Source: Candidatus Hadarchaeota archaeon (lineage in GTDB: Archaea > Hadarchaeota > Hadarchaeia > Hadarchaeales > JAGGTB01). Taken from it: 64,000 bases of DNA. The stretch is from the NCBI GenBank assembly GCA_964384105.1, contig CAYLJV010000001.1, forward strand, positions 348,900 through 412,899, given 5' to 3'. How positions within the stretch are numbered: the first letter of the stretch is position 1; each line of letters starts with the position of its first letter. The translations under genes were made by a program, and so were the position numbers. The notes under the pieces were generated by a model. It did no database searches. It saw nothing but the letters and a program-made list of their open reading frames with translations, and was not told the DNA's origin. Shown here one piece after another: positions 29,404-40,087 of the stretch.

Positions 29404-31338
29404 TTGGATGAAGAAGAGACGTTTGGATATTCTGGAAAAATACTTAGAGTAAACCTTACCAATGGAAAGATCCGTGAAGAACCAGTTATTAAATATGCGA
29501 AGAGATTGATTGGTGGGCGTGGTATAAATAGCTATTTACTTTTCACTGAAACACCCCCAAGAATAAATGCGTTTGATCCAGAAAATAGGTTAATATTTGG
29601 GACAGGTCCTCTAGTGGGTACCATGGTTCCAATGTCGTGTCGGTTTACAGTAACTGCTAAGTCGCCCCTGACAGGTGGACTTGGAGATGCTAATGCAGGT
29701 GGGCATTTTAGTCCAGAATTGAAATACGCAGGTTTTGATCACGTAGTAATTACTGGTAGAGCACCTAATCCTGTTTTCTTGCTCTTAGATAATGGAAACG
29801 CGGAGATTAGAGATGCTAACGAAATTTGGAATGCAACCACATTTGATACAGATACCCTGATAAGAGAGGAAGTGGGGGATTCGGATATTCAAGTAGCTAG
29901 TATAGGCCCTGCAGGTGAAAATCTAGTCAGATTTGCTAATATTATTTGTAATAGGAAAAGAGCTTGTGGGAGAACGGGAATGGGTGCAGTAATGGGGTCT
30001 AAGAATTTGAAAGCAGTAGCCGTGAGAGGTGATGGACTTTTAGAAGTAGCTGAACCGGAGAAATTCATGCAATTAGTTGATGAGAAACTACAAATCTTAT
30101 TGAATAATGAATCTCTGAAAGCCTTATCAAAACTCGGTGGAATGGGTTTAGTGAAAATCGTTCCGGGTTATGAGAATGATATTCTTAGAAATTTTCAGGG
30201 TGGGGATTTTAATCTCGATGATGTGAGTGGGGAGAAGTTGTTTAAGGATCATCATGTTCACTATCTTTCATGTTTTAATTGCCCGATACATTGCTATCAC
30301 TTCTTACGGATAGAGGATGGTGAATGGGCAGGGATTGAGGGCCCCGGAATGGAGTATAATGCGGTTATCGACTTCGGATACAAACTTGATATCCACGATC
30401 TTAGACCGATAATAAAGGCTCAAATATTTTGCAATCAACAAGGATTGGACATTGATGATTCGTCTGGCCTAATATCCTGGGCCATAGAGTGCTTTAAAAA
30501 AGGAATAATAAATCTAGATGATACTGATGGTTTGACATTGGATTGGGGGGATCCATCTTTGGTAATGAGCCTTCTGGAAAAAATAACTGTGAGGAAGGGA
30601 TTCGGTAATATTTTGGCGGAGGGTATCAAGAGAGCCTCGAATAGGGTTGGTAAGGAATCAGAGAAGTATGCGATTCATATTAAGGGTTTAACTGTGATGG
30701 ATGCTTTGAGAACTTTTAAGGGGTGGATGTTTGGTGAGGTTGTATCACCCAGGGGTGCGGAGCATTTGAGAGGGACGATTGGGGGAGTTGAAGAGGTGGC
30801 AATGAGTAGGGATGCTGGGGAAGAGTTTTTTGGTGTATCTACTGCGGGGGATCCTTCAGCGTATGAAGGTAAGGTAGAATTAGTAATATACTTTGAGCGT
30901 TTATCAGCTATAGTTAATGCTTTGAATATGTGTTATTTTACTAGCAAGTGGTCTTCTCCGTCTCTTTTGGATATTAAGGATTATGCAGAGCTATTCTCTG
31001 CGGCCACGGGTTGGGATTTTAGCGAGAATGATCTGGTAAAGGTTGCCGATCGAATAATAAACGTTGAAAAGGCTTTTAATGTTCGGGAAGGTTTGACTCG
31101 TAAGGATGATACATTGCCGGCTAGATTTTTTGAGGAACCAGTTCCTTCCGGTCCAATGAAGGGAGCTTACATAGAAGAGGGTATACTCAATGCTATGCTA
31201 GATAAGTACTATAAAATTCGGGGCTGGAGCGAGAGAGATGGATTACAAACAGAGGAAACCCTTAAGGAACTTGAACTTGGGGAGATTTCAGACAAACTCA
31301 AACTCGGCGTAAATATGATTAGTACTGACAATAAATGA
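29404..31338 (+). CDS. aor: Aldehyde:ferredoxin oxidoreductase family protein 2
   Basis: KSPLTG, GGHFSPELKYAGFD, GRTGMGAVMGSKNLKA, CFNCPIHC, GMEYN and ALNMCYF. Confidence 0.9.
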   Translation: MDEEETFGYSGKILRVNLTNGKIREEPVIKYAKRLIGGRGINSYLLFTETPPRINAFDPENRLIFGTGPLVGTMVPMSCRFTVTAKSPLTGGLGDANAGGHFSPELKYAGFDHVVITGRAPNPVFLLLDNGNAEIRDANEIWNATTFDTDTLIREEVGDSDIQVASIGPAGENLVRFANIICNRKRACGRTGMGAVMGSKNLKAVAVRGDGLLEVAEPEKFMQLVDEKLQILLNNESLKALSKLGGMGLVKIVPGYENDILRNFQGGDFNLDDVSGEKLFKDHHVHYLSCFNCPIHCYHFLRIEDGEWAGIEGPGMEYNAVIDFGYKLDIHDLRPIIKAQIFCNQQGLDIDDSSGLISWAIECFKKGIINLDDTDGLTLDWGDPSLVMSLLEKITVRKGFGNILAEGIKRASNRVGKESEKYAIHIKGLTVMDALRTFKGWMFGEVVSPRGAEHLRGTIGGVEEVAMSRDAGEEFFGVSTAGDPSAYEGKVELVIYFERLSAIVNALNMCYFTSKWSSPSLLDIKDYAELFSAATGWDFSENDLVKVADRIINVEKAFNVREGLTRKDDTLPARFFEEPVPSGPMKGAYIEEGILNAMLDKYYKIRGWSERDGLQTEETLKELELGEISDKLKLGVNMISTDNK

Positions 31339-31483
31339 TTTGTAGTTACTGTAGCCAAAAGCTTCGTTTATTTCTTTACTTGTTTTGTACCTGAAAGTAT
31401 ATTTGATTTCTTCTTGATAGATGGAGGGCTAATTTTATAGATACTCGAATTAGACAAAAGTAACGGTTACCTTCGAAGGTACG

Positions 31484-33520
31484 GTGAAGATATTATTGAC
31501 CACGGATATTATAAAAAAAGTTGAGGAAGGTTTAGCTGCGCCATCAACGATTGCAGTTAGGCGCTTAATTGATTTACTATCAAATCGTAGAAGAAAAAAC
31601 AAGGAAGAATTGGTTTTACTTAAAGAAACATTTTCTAAAATTAAGTCGGACATATCGCAACCAAGAGAAGACCTAATAAAACTGGCTGAAAAAAACCTTA
31701 GAAAAAATTGTTGTGAAGTTTATTATGCTAAGAATAAAATGGATATAGTTTCCATAATTAAAAATATTGTTTCTGAAGAAGCAACCATTGTGAAATCTAA
31801 ATCCAATACGATGAAGGAACTCGATATAAGAAGTAAGTTGGAGTCAGAAGGGTTTAGGATAGTTGAAACGGATTTTGGGGATAGAATAATACAGCTTTCT
31901 GGGGGAAGATCTGGACACCCTATTGTTCCAGCTACACATTTATCCGTCGAAGAAGTTGCCAAACTTTTTTCTGAAGAGACTGGTTTTGATATTGAAGCAA
32001 ATCCAAAAGAAATTGTTCAGAAGGGAAAGAAATCAATCAAAAAAGAGATAATTGAATCAGAAGCAGGATTGACTGGTGCAAATGCAATATCCGCTGATGA
32101 TGGAGCTATATGTATTATTGAAAATGAAGGGAATATTAGCCTCATTACGAGAATACCAAAAAAACATATAGTAATAGCTGGAATCGACAAAATTGTAAAA
32201 TCAATGGATGACGCACTGTTCCAGACTTTGGTTATTGAAAAATTCTCTCAGATTGATGGAACCTATATTTCCCTTATTAAGGGTCCGAGTAGAACAGCGG
32301 ACATTGGCTTAGAGGAAGTCTTAGGTGTCTACGGGGCAGAGGAGGTACATGTTATTTTAATTGATCAGTGGAGAAGTGCTGCTGCTGAGAAAGGATTCGA
32401 TGACATGTTGAAGTGTGTTAATTGTGGGGCTTGTTTGATATCTTGTCCTGTGATGTATTCTATAGGACTTGGATATGGAGAGGACTATCCGGGGGGTATG
32501 GGCATTCTTAAGTCCAGTTTTATAGATGGAATCGAAAAGACTATAAATAAAGGTCTTTGGCTTTGCCTTTCCTGTAGAAGATGTCAGGAGTTCTGTCCTT
32601 CTGATATTAATATACCCCAAATGCTCGAAGGATTAAGAGAAGAATCTTTTTACATGGGATGTAGGGTTCCTCAGAAGATTGCGGATTTTTTAAGAAATAT
32701 CAGAGATGTTGGTAATCCGTATCGTTACTCGAAAAAAAGTAGAGGTGATTGGACAGAGGATAGTTATCAGATAAGCACTAAGGATGACTACCTGTATTAT
32801 GTTGGATGCATTGGTTCTTATGATCCGAGAGGTCAGAAGATGGCTAGGTCTACTTTAAATTTGTTAAAAGAAGCTAATCTACAATTCGGAATTTTAGGCC
32901 CTCGTGAAGTCTGTGATGGTAATGATGTTAATAGAATCGGTGAAAGAGGACTTTTTGAAAGATTAGTAAAAGAAAATGTGGAGCAGTTAAATGGACTGAA
33001 TGTAGAGAAAATCATTACTTTGTCACCTCACGCTTATAATATTATGAAAAATGAGTATTCCAGTATTTGTAAAGAATTTGACTATGAAGTTGTTCACTAT
33101 ACTCAGATTTTAAGAGGTCTAATAAAAGCAGATAAGATCGATTTTTCGGGCTTAGAGGCTAAAATTACATTCCATGACCCTTGTTTTCTTGGCAGAATAA
33201 ATAACGAATACGAGGCTCCGAGAGATATACTCGAATCTATTCGAGGTATAGAATTAGTTGAGATGAAAGATAATAAAGAGGACTCATTTTGTTGTGGGGG
33301 TGGATATAATTTCTTCACTGACTTTTTAGGAAATAATGAATTTTGTCCCTCTAGAGTCAGGGTTAGGATGGCGCATGAGACGGGTGCAGACATTTTAGCA
33401 GTTGCCTGTCCAATATGCTTGTTAATGTTTGATGACGCTATAAAAGCTGAAAATCTTGGTGAGGAAATGGTTGTTAGAGATATTTCAGAAATAGTTAATG
33501 AAGCGAAAACTAATAACTGA
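31484..33520 (+). CDS. LUD-domain (LutB/LldF-like) + 4Fe-4S + CCG-domain fusion oxidoreductase
   Basis: ETDFGDRIIQL, HPIVPATH, GANAI, ENEGNI, GPSRTADI, two CxxCxxCxxxCP, YYVGC, FHDPC, CCGGG and ACPIC. Confidence 0.85.
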   Translation: MKILLTTDIIKKVEEGLAAPSTIAVRRLIDLLSNRRRKNKEELVLLKETFSKIKSDISQPREDLIKLAEKNLRKNCCEVYYAKNKMDIVSIIKNIVSEEATIVKSKSNTMKELDIRSKLESEGFRIVETDFGDRIIQLSGGRSGHPIVPATHLSVEEVAKLFSEETGFDIEANPKEIVQKGKKSIKKEIIESEAGLTGANAISADDGAICIIENEGNISLITRIPKKHIVIAGIDKIVKSMDDALFQTLVIEKFSQIDGTYISLIKGPSRTADIGLEEVLGVYGAEEVHVILIDQWRSAAAEKGFDDMLKCVNCGACLISCPVMYSIGLGYGEDYPGGMGILKSSFIDGIEKTINKGLWLCLSCRRCQEFCPSDINIPQMLEGLREESFYMGCRVPQKIADFLRNIRDVGNPYRYSKKSRGDWTEDSYQISTKDDYLYYVGCIGSYDPRGQKMARSTLNLLKEANLQFGILGPREVCDGNDVNRIGERGLFERLVKENVEQLNGLNVEKIITLSPHAYNIMKNEYSSICKEFDYEVVHYTQILRGLIKADKIDFSGLEAKITFHDPCFLGRINNEYEAPRDILESIRGIELVEMKDNKEDSFCCGGGYNFFTDFLGNNEFCPSRVRVRMAHETGADILAVACPICLLMFDDAIKAENLGEEMVVRDISEIVNEAKTNN

Positions 33521-33689
33521 ACAATTACTTCTGTAGGTACATCAGAAAAATTTTTAGGAGGCCAAAACCTTTTTTGTGTTATAAGATTCTTTGCATAGGG
33601 TATCTTAGGTTGGTAGTAAATACGAGGATAGATGTATATCTTTGATGGTACTCTTTTTGTTTCTTAACCATGGCCTAATCTTCTACCTT

Positions 33690-33824
33690 ATGGATGAGAA
33701 GGAAGAACCCGCGAAGTTCGAATTCTATGAATTGGGAGATTACTTACGAATTCAATTAGAAGAGTTGAAGGAAAATAACTGTGCGTATTTACCGGGTGGA
33801 AAAAGTTACGAGAAATCAAATTGA
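33690..33824 (+). CDS. Possible 44-aa small protein or gene remnant
   Basis: MDEKEEPAKFEFYELGDYLRIQLEEL... has coding-like composition within a 500-bp gap; no homology recognised. Confidence 0.25.
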   Translation: MDEKEEPAKFEFYELGDYLRIQLEELKENNCAYLPGGKSYEKSN

Positions 33825-34025
33825 GTAAGTAAAAAAAGAGATAGCGAGGGTTAGAAACTGTTTAACTTCTTCCGTAGAGAATAAATCAGAGTGTAACTAT
33901 TAGGGGCTTATTGTGATATGACCATAAGCTAGTTAAAATGTATAACGGTATCATCAGTGGTAGATGTTAATTGCTTCTTTACTAAAGCACTTACCCAAAA
34001 ATAGGTTTATAAAAGATGTATTATC

Positions 34026-34922
34026 CTACTTTTCAGTTCTTTCAAAAGGTTCCCCTAGAGCAGAGGGTATTACTTTACCAGCTCCGAAAAATGCCGAAAT
34101 GACTAATACTAATATAACTACAATATGGGGCAGTACACTCATAAACTCTTCAGGTAAAAAGGATATTCCAACCGCTTGTAATCTAAGCTGTAATCCCCCC
34201 ACAATAGAAAACAGGAAAGCACCGGGTAATAGATAATTAACATTCCATTTAGCGAACATAACTAAAACAAAACTTATCCAACCATATCCGGCTACCATAG
34301 TTCTGTATCCTTGCATAAAATTAATGAATAGATACGCTCCAGCTAACCCCATTAGGCCACAGCCTACTACGACACAAGCTAGTCTCACCCTATCTACTTG
34401 TATACCAACGGAATCGGCAGCCATCGGATCTTCCCCCACTGCGTTTATCCTTAGTCCCCATCCCGTCTTTTTTATTACGATAGCTAAGGCTAGCCAGATG
34501 GCTATAGATATATAAAAGATAGGGTCTAAAGAGAACAAAATTTTTCCAAAATTTTCGGTCGGTGGCGAACCGGAAAGATACAAGGTATAAATAAAAGCTG
34601 CTATACCTATACCTAAAAACCATAAACCAAATCCAACAACTACTTGATTAAGTTTTTCATATATTGATAGATATGAATTCATTATTCCAAATAAACACCC
34701 TCCGAAAAAACCCACAATCATAGAAGACCATATATTAGGCGTAACAAACCCGTAAAATACGATTGCCGTTATAGCACCAAAAGCCATGACCCCCTCTATT
34801 CCAATGTTATAAACTCCGCTTTTTTGACTCAACATTTCTCCAGTGGAAGCTATTAAATAGATAGGCATTATTGAAAGGGCGCCTAGAATAAGTTTTACCA
34901 ATGCATCTATCATAAATCCCAC
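34026..34922 (-). CDS. ABC permease (NupC-like)
   Basis: SGVYNIGIEG, GLRINAVGEDPMAADSVGI, GYGWISFV and PSALGEPF. Confidence 0.92.
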   Translation of the reverse strand: MGFMIDALVKLILGALSIMPIYLIASTGEMLSQKSGVYNIGIEGVMAFGAITAIVFYGFVTPNIWSSMIVGFFGGCLFGIMNSYLSIYEKLNQVVVGFGLWFLGIGIAAFIYTLYLSGSPPTENFGKILFSLDPIFYISIAIWLALAIVIKKTGWGLRINAVGEDPMAADSVGIQVDRVRLACVVVGCGLMGLAGAYLFINFMQGYRTMVAGYGWISFVLVMFAKWNVNYLLPGAFLFSIVGGLQLRLQAVGISFLPEEFMSVLPHIVVILVLVISAFFGAGKVIPSALGEPFERTEK

Positions 34923-35956
34923 CTTTTTTCAAGTATGTTTAAAATTAAAGTTGAAACAAATACAATTCCGATTGATAAATTTGCAAATGCAGAAGACAAA
35001 CCTAGAGATTTAAGAGCAGCTGCTCCCATAAGTATGCCCCCTACAAAAAAAGAAGTGAAGAGGGTAAGTTCGGGACGCAACCTTGCAATTAGTAAGCAAA
35101 CGATTGCATAAAATCCAAAGTTACCTGTAATTCCCCCCACTCCAAAGAAAAATTCACCAACCACAAGGGAGGTACCTGCTAACCCACAAATAGCTCCACT
35201 TAAAAACATTGCTAAAATTGTTATACGTCCCGAATTAATTCCTGCATATTCTGCAGCGTATGGATTCTTTCCGACTACATTTAACTTAAAACCGAAGCAT
35301 GTTTTATTCATTAACAGATATATAATTGGAATCAACGCAAGAGCAAATAGAAATATAGTGTTTAGTGGTTCGATTATGAATGGAAAACGAAGACTATTAG
35401 GTATAAAATCCGTTCTTGGATACGCTATTAGGCCGGCAGGATTCCAGGGACCAGCTATTAGGTAGCTGAGAAAAGCAAGCACTATAAAATTCTGCATTAG
35501 TGTAATGGGTATTTCGTGTATTTCCATTTTTGATTTTAAGAAGCCTGCGAATGAGCCCCAAATACCTCCTAAAAAGAAACTCAATGAAAATGCAAGGATG
35601 ATAATCAATATACTTGGAAGGTCGATAAATAAACAAACCCCCAAAGTTGCGATTACTCCAAGAGCAATTTGTCCTTCTCCACCTACATTCCAAAGCTTGG
35701 ATTTAAAAGCAATAAGTAAACCGAGCGATGTAATTAAAAGAGGAACAGTTTTTGTCATTGAATTTAAAATGCCGGATTTCGAAAAAAAGCTGCCATTAAA
35801 AAAAGCTTTTGAAACATCGAAAAAAGGAACATTTTCGAAAGACGATATAGCCAACAAGCCGAGACTAACTGCAGAAAAAACAATAACTAAAAAAAGGAGG
35901 GGTTTGCTCAATAGCCTAGCCAATTTTCCTGGAGATAAATTTATTTTTTTGGCCAT
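34910..35956 (-). CDS. ABC permease (NupB-like)
   Basis: LWNVGGEGQ, VVGKNPYAAEYAGIN and GNFGFYAIV. Confidence 0.92.
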   Translation of the reverse strand: MAKKINLSPGKLARLLSKPLLFLVIVFSAVSLGLLAISSFENVPFFDVSKAFFNGSFFSKSGILNSMTKTVPLLITSLGLLIAFKSKLWNVGGEGQIALGVIATLGVCLFIDLPSILIIILAFSLSFFLGGIWGSFAGFLKSKMEIHEIPITLMQNFIVLAFLSYLIAGPWNPAGLIAYPRTDFIPNSLRFPFIIEPLNTIFLFALALIPIIYLLMNKTCFGFKLNVVGKNPYAAEYAGINSGRITILAMFLSGAICGLAGTSLVVGEFFFGVGGITGNFGFYAIVCLLIARLRPELTLFTSFFVGGILMGAAALKSLGLSSAFANLSIGIVFVSTLILNILEKRWDL

Positions 35957-35963
35957 AGAAATC

Positions 35964-37475
35964 CTAGTTTCCTCCCATTATAAGTCCGATTTCTTCTTTT
36001 TTTGCTGAGGATGGAACTATATCTCTAATTCTCCCTTCGTAAATTATCGCTATTCTATCACTCATTAATTTTAGTTCTTCTAGACTCTCAGAAATTAAGA
36101 TAATAGAAGAACCAGCTTCTACTTCTTTTTTCAATAATTCCCTAATTTGCTCTATCGAGCCTACATCTAACCCCCTTGTTGGATAACAAGCTACCAAGAG
36201 TTTGGGATTTTTATACAACTCTCTTGCAATTAAAATCTTCTGAAGATTTCCACCAGAACAGCTTTTAGCTAGGTCTTTCTCAGTTGATACCTTAATATTA
36301 TATTCTTTAATCAGACGTTTTGCATAATCCCGTATTTTCTCATCGTTGAGAAAGCAATTGAAATTTCGTAAAAAAGGGATATTGAAGCTCATTCTAAAAT
36401 TTGCCTCGTTCTGATGTTTTAAAAATAAGTTATCACAAACAGGAATTTCATTTACAATTCCTACCTTTATTCTATCCTCAGGTATATATCCTATCCCGAG
36501 TTCCTTAATCTCTTTCGGAGATAGGGCAGTAATATCATTATTAAGGAAAACAACTTTCCCCTTTTCGGCTTTTCTCAACCCGGTTATTACTTCGGCTAAT
36601 TCCTTTTGTCCATTTCCAGATACTCCAGCTATACCCAGTATCTCTTTTTCCTTTAAATCGAAAGATACACCACTCAACTTCAAGAAACCTTCATCACCCC
36701 TAGCTTGAAGGTTTTGAACCGTTAGAACAGTTTTACCTTTTTCTATCTTTTTTCTCTTGACTTTGAATAAAACATCTCTTCCTACCATCGCTTTTGCTAA
36801 TTTTTTTTCTCCTACATTTTTTGTTTTAACACAATCGACAACTTTTCCTTTCCGAAGTATAGTAATTCTGTCGCTTATTTCGAGAACTTCACGAAGTTTG
36901 TGTGTAATGAAAATTACTGACATTCCCTTTTCTCTGACCGATTTCCTAACGAAATTCATTAGTTCCTTTGCTTCTTTTGGTGTTAACATAGCAGTGGGTT
37001 CGTCAAGAATAAGGATTTCCGCTCCCCAGTACAGAGTTTTTATTATTTCGACTCTTTGTTGTTCCCCAACAGAAAGATTTTTCACCTTGGCTTTGGGTGA
37101 AATTGAAAGTCCATTTTCACTTGAGAGTTCTGACAAAAGATTCGAAGTGGAGTTTAAATTTAATAATAAACCTTCTGGAGGCTTGCCTAAAGCTACGTTT
37201 TCAGTAACTGTAAGTGTAGGTATAAGCATAAAATGTTGGTGTACCATTCCGACTCCAAGTTTAAGTGCTTCCTTTGGCGAGTTTATAATGGTTTTCTCGC
37301 CTCGAATTAGTATTTCGCCTTCGTCTGATTGGTAAAGACCATATAATATTTTCATTAAGGTAGTTTTACCTGCACCATTCTCTCCAAGTAGTGCATGGAC
37401 TTCTCCAGGTTTCAAATCAAAGTTAATATCTTTGTTAGCTATGGTTCCTGGAAAAGTTTTTGTAATCCCTCGCAT
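35964..37475 (-). CDS. ABC transporter ATP-binding protein (NupA-like); true start may be ATG 37495 with a 1-nt frameshift
   Basis: GENGAGKT, LSVGEQQR, ILDEPT, SGGNLQK and ISESLEE. Confidence 0.92.
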   Translation of the reverse strand: MRGITKTFPGTIANKDINFDLKPGEVHALLGENGAGKTTLMKILYGLYQSDEGEILIRGEKTIINSPKEALKLGVGMVHQHFMLIPTLTVTENVALGKPPEGLLLNLNSTSNLLSELSSENGLSISPKAKVKNLSVGEQQRVEIIKTLYWGAEILILDEPTAMLTPKEAKELMNFVRKSVREKGMSVIFITHKLREVLEISDRITILRKGKVVDCVKTKNVGEKKLAKAMVGRDVLFKVKRKKIEKGKTVLTVQNLQARGDEGFLKLSGVSFDLKEKEILGIAGVSGNGQKELAEVITGLRKAEKGKVVFLNNDITALSPKEIKELGIGYIPEDRIKVGIVNEIPVCDNLFLKHQNEANFRMSFNIPFLRNFNCFLNDEKIRDYAKRLIKEYNIKVSTEKDLAKSCSGGNLQKILIARELYKNPKLLVACYPTRGLDVGSIEQIRELLKKEVEAGSSIILISESLEELKLMSDRIAIIYEGRIRDIVPSSAKKEEIGLIMGGN

Positions 37476-37828
37476 TTCTACTACTTTTTCCCCATTTTTA
37501 AAAATCAGAAAAAAAGTTCCCAGCCATATTTTAAGTTTATTATTATCTTTTTAAAGAACTTTTCGTATTACAATTTTAGATATGTCTCCTTAAATCGTCT
37601 TAGAAAATCCAAGTTCTGCGTTTTCATTTTTAAAGGATTTATTCTGATAGAGGTCTATAGTTTTGATTAATTGTCTCTGTAGTAGTATTTTATCTACATT
37701 ATTCTGTTTAGCAGTATTAGGTACATAATTTTATGACTTTATTGAATAAGCATCCTTAATTACAACTTCTTTTCTAAAATAGCCTTGATTTTTCAATCAA
37801 AACCGGCATTTGATAAAGCTAATTATGA

Positions 37829-38231
37829 CATAAAATCTATATAATACCAAGGCACCTATTATTAAACATATGTCTAAAACCTTGGAAAGTATATTGGGGG
37901 AGTACAAGGATAAAACTAGTGAATCAAAGAAAGTATGGGAAAGGCTCAGAAAGAGTATTGTCGATGGTGTAGGATGTGCGGGTAGATACTATAGACCCTA
38001 TCCCCTTGTTGTAGATAAAGCTGAAGGGTCTCGAATTTGGGATGTTGATGGTAATGAGTACATCGACTTTTACTTTGATTGGGGTCCACTGGTTTTAGGG
38101 CATTCCAACCCGAAGATTGTAAAAGCCCTTAAGGAGCAGGCTGAAAAGGGAACCATGTATGGTCTGCCTTACGAAAAACTAGCAGATTATGTTGAGGAGT
38201 TAAAGAAGCGTTATCCTGCTGATCTTTTTAG
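37829..38231 (+). repeat. 403-bp direct repeat, copy 1 (promoter plus 5' part of aminotransferase 1)
   Basis: No mismatch found on manual reading against 39685-40087 (offset 1856). Confidence 0.9.
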
Positions 38232-39213
38232 ATTGACAAACTCAGGTACTGAAGCAACATTGCATGCAATAAGGACTGCAAGAGGATATACGGGTAAGGA
38301 TAAGATAGTGAAGATGGAGGGGGGTTTCCACGGAATTCATAATGATGTACTCGTAAGCTTTTACCCACCGGTAAGTAAAGTTGGTCCCAGCTGGGCGCCT
38401 TCACCGTATTTGGACTCATCAGGGGTCCCCTCGGATACAAGGAAAAACACTTTGGTGGCTCCTTTTAATGATATAGCTGCTCTTGAGAGTCTTTTCAGGA
38501 AACATGAGGGTGAAATTGCTGCTGTGATAGTGGAGCCGGTAATGTTGTTTCATGGGGTGATTCCGCCAAAGGAAGGCTATCTGAAAAATGTCAGGAAGCT
38601 CACCGAGGAATACAATGTTGTTCTAATTTTTGATGAGGTTAAAACTGGGAGCAAAATTGCTTATGGTGGAGCCTGTAAATATTTTGATGTTGTCCCAGAC
38701 ATGTTAACTTTGGGTAAAGCTATTGGATGTGGCCTGCCAATTGCTGCTTTTGGTGGTAAGGAGGAGATAATGAACGAAGTTAGCCAGCAGGGATCAGGGG
38801 TACATATCGGAACTTACAATGGAAACCCACTTTCTATTAGTGGTGGCCTGGCGGGTCTTAGGAGTCTAACGAGAGATGTGTACAAAAAAATGGACAAGTT
38901 AAGTGAAATGTTAGGAGATGGAATTCAAGATTGTCTGGATGATGAGGGGTTAACTGGTCGTGTTCAACGCGTGTCGAGTATTGGGGCAGTATATTTAGGG
39001 ATAAGTGAAGAGATTAGAAACTTTAGAGAGGCTGCTCGGGTTAATATAGATTTAGGTTGGAGGTACTGGCTTTCCATGGTGAATGAGGGGATATTTTTCT
39101 CGCCGGGTACTGGTGCTGGTGGAAATTGGCATCTTTCGAGTGTACATACTAAGCGGGATATAGAAAAAGTTCTAGAAAAGAACAAAATGATAATTCAGGA
39201 ACTTAGTGATTAG
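37870..39213 (+). CDS. Class III PLP aminotransferase, GSA-aminomutase-like (paralog 1)
   Basis: WDVDGNEYID, NSGTEAT, GGFHG, LIFDEVKTG, GKAIGCGLP and GTYNGNP. Confidence 0.9.
   Translation: MSKTLESILGEYKDKTSESKKVWERLRKSIVDGVGCAGRYYRPYPLVVDKAEGSRIWDVDGNEYIDFYFDWGPLVLGHSNPKIVKALKEQAEKGTMYGLPYEKLADYVEELKKRYPADLFRLTNSGTEATLHAIRTARGYTGKDKIVKMEGGFHGIHNDVLVSFYPPVSKVGPSWAPSPYLDSSGVPSDTRKNTLVAPFNDIAALESLFRKHEGEIAAVIVEPVMLFHGVIPPKEGYLKNVRKLTEEYNVVLIFDEVKTGSKIAYGGACKYFDVVPDMLTLGKAIGCGLPIAAFGGKEEIMNEVSQQGSGVHIGTYNGNPLSISGGLAGLRSLTRDVYKKMDKLSEMLGDGIQDCLDDEGLTGRVQRVSSIGAVYLGISEEIRNFREAARVNIDLGWRYWLSMVNEGIFFSPGTGAGGNWHLSSVHTKRDIEKVLEKNKMIIQELSD
38854..38939 (+). repeat. 86-bp identical block shared with 40710-40795
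   Basis: Manual alignment at offset 1856. Confidence 0.85.
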
Positions 39214-39301
39214 TATTCTATCGCAATTATTACTCAACAGAAATGGGTAGTTAGTGCAGGGACTTAAATATACAAATATACAAAGTTAACAGTGTTATAA
39301 A

Positions 39302-39598
39302 ATGGTGAAGGTTAGGATAATACCAAAAGTGAAAAACTCCCCTAAAGAAACCGTAATCAAAGGTGAATCAGTAAAAGATGTTATATTGAAATTGCATGAA
39401 AAGCATAGCATCCCCAAGAAAATATATAATAAACATTTAAAGAAGATGATAAGTCCGTTTAGGGGTTTAATAGTACTCCTAAATGGGAAAGCAGTTGGAA
39501 ATTTTGCGGACAAAGAGTATGTCCCGCTATCTGGAGTCGACCAATCAGTTAAAGAAGAAGACGAAATTATTATTATTTTTCCTGCTGCTGGAGGATAA
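39302..39598 (+). CDS. MoaD/ThiS/SAMP ubiquitin-like protein
   Basis: beta-grasp size, VLLNG, and C-terminal IFPAAGG. Confidence 0.88.
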   Translation: MVKVRIIPKVKNSPKETVIKGESVKDVILKLHEKHSIPKKIYNKHLKKMISPFRGLIVLLNGKAVGNFADKEYVPLSGVDQSVKEEDEIIIIFPAAGG

Positions 39599-39684
39599 CT
39601 ACGGTAAATTCTATTAATAGAAACTACGAAGTTGGGTTACTGCAGTTATTCAATTTCTAAAATAATTTTTTGGAATTAAGTGAG

Positions 39685-40087
39685 CATAAAATCTATATAA
39701 TACCAAGGCACCTATTATTAAACATATGTCTAAAACCTTGGAAAGTATATTGGGGGAGTACAAGGATAAAACTAGTGAATCAAAGAAAGTATGGGAAAGG
39801 CTCAGAAAGAGTATTGTCGATGGTGTAGGATGTGCGGGTAGATACTATAGACCCTATCCCCTTGTTGTAGATAAAGCTGAAGGGTCTCGAATTTGGGATG
39901 TTGATGGTAATGAGTACATCGACTTTTACTTTGATTGGGGTCCACTGGTTTTAGGGCATTCCAACCCGAAGATTGTAAAAGCCCTTAAGGAGCAGGCTGA
40001 AAAGGGAACCATGTATGGTCTGCCTTACGAAAAACTAGCAGATTATGTTGAGGAGTTAAAGAAGCGTTATCCTGCTGATCTTTTTAG
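39685..40087 (+). repeat. 403-bp direct repeat, copy 2
   Basis: Matches 37829-38231. Confidence 0.9.
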
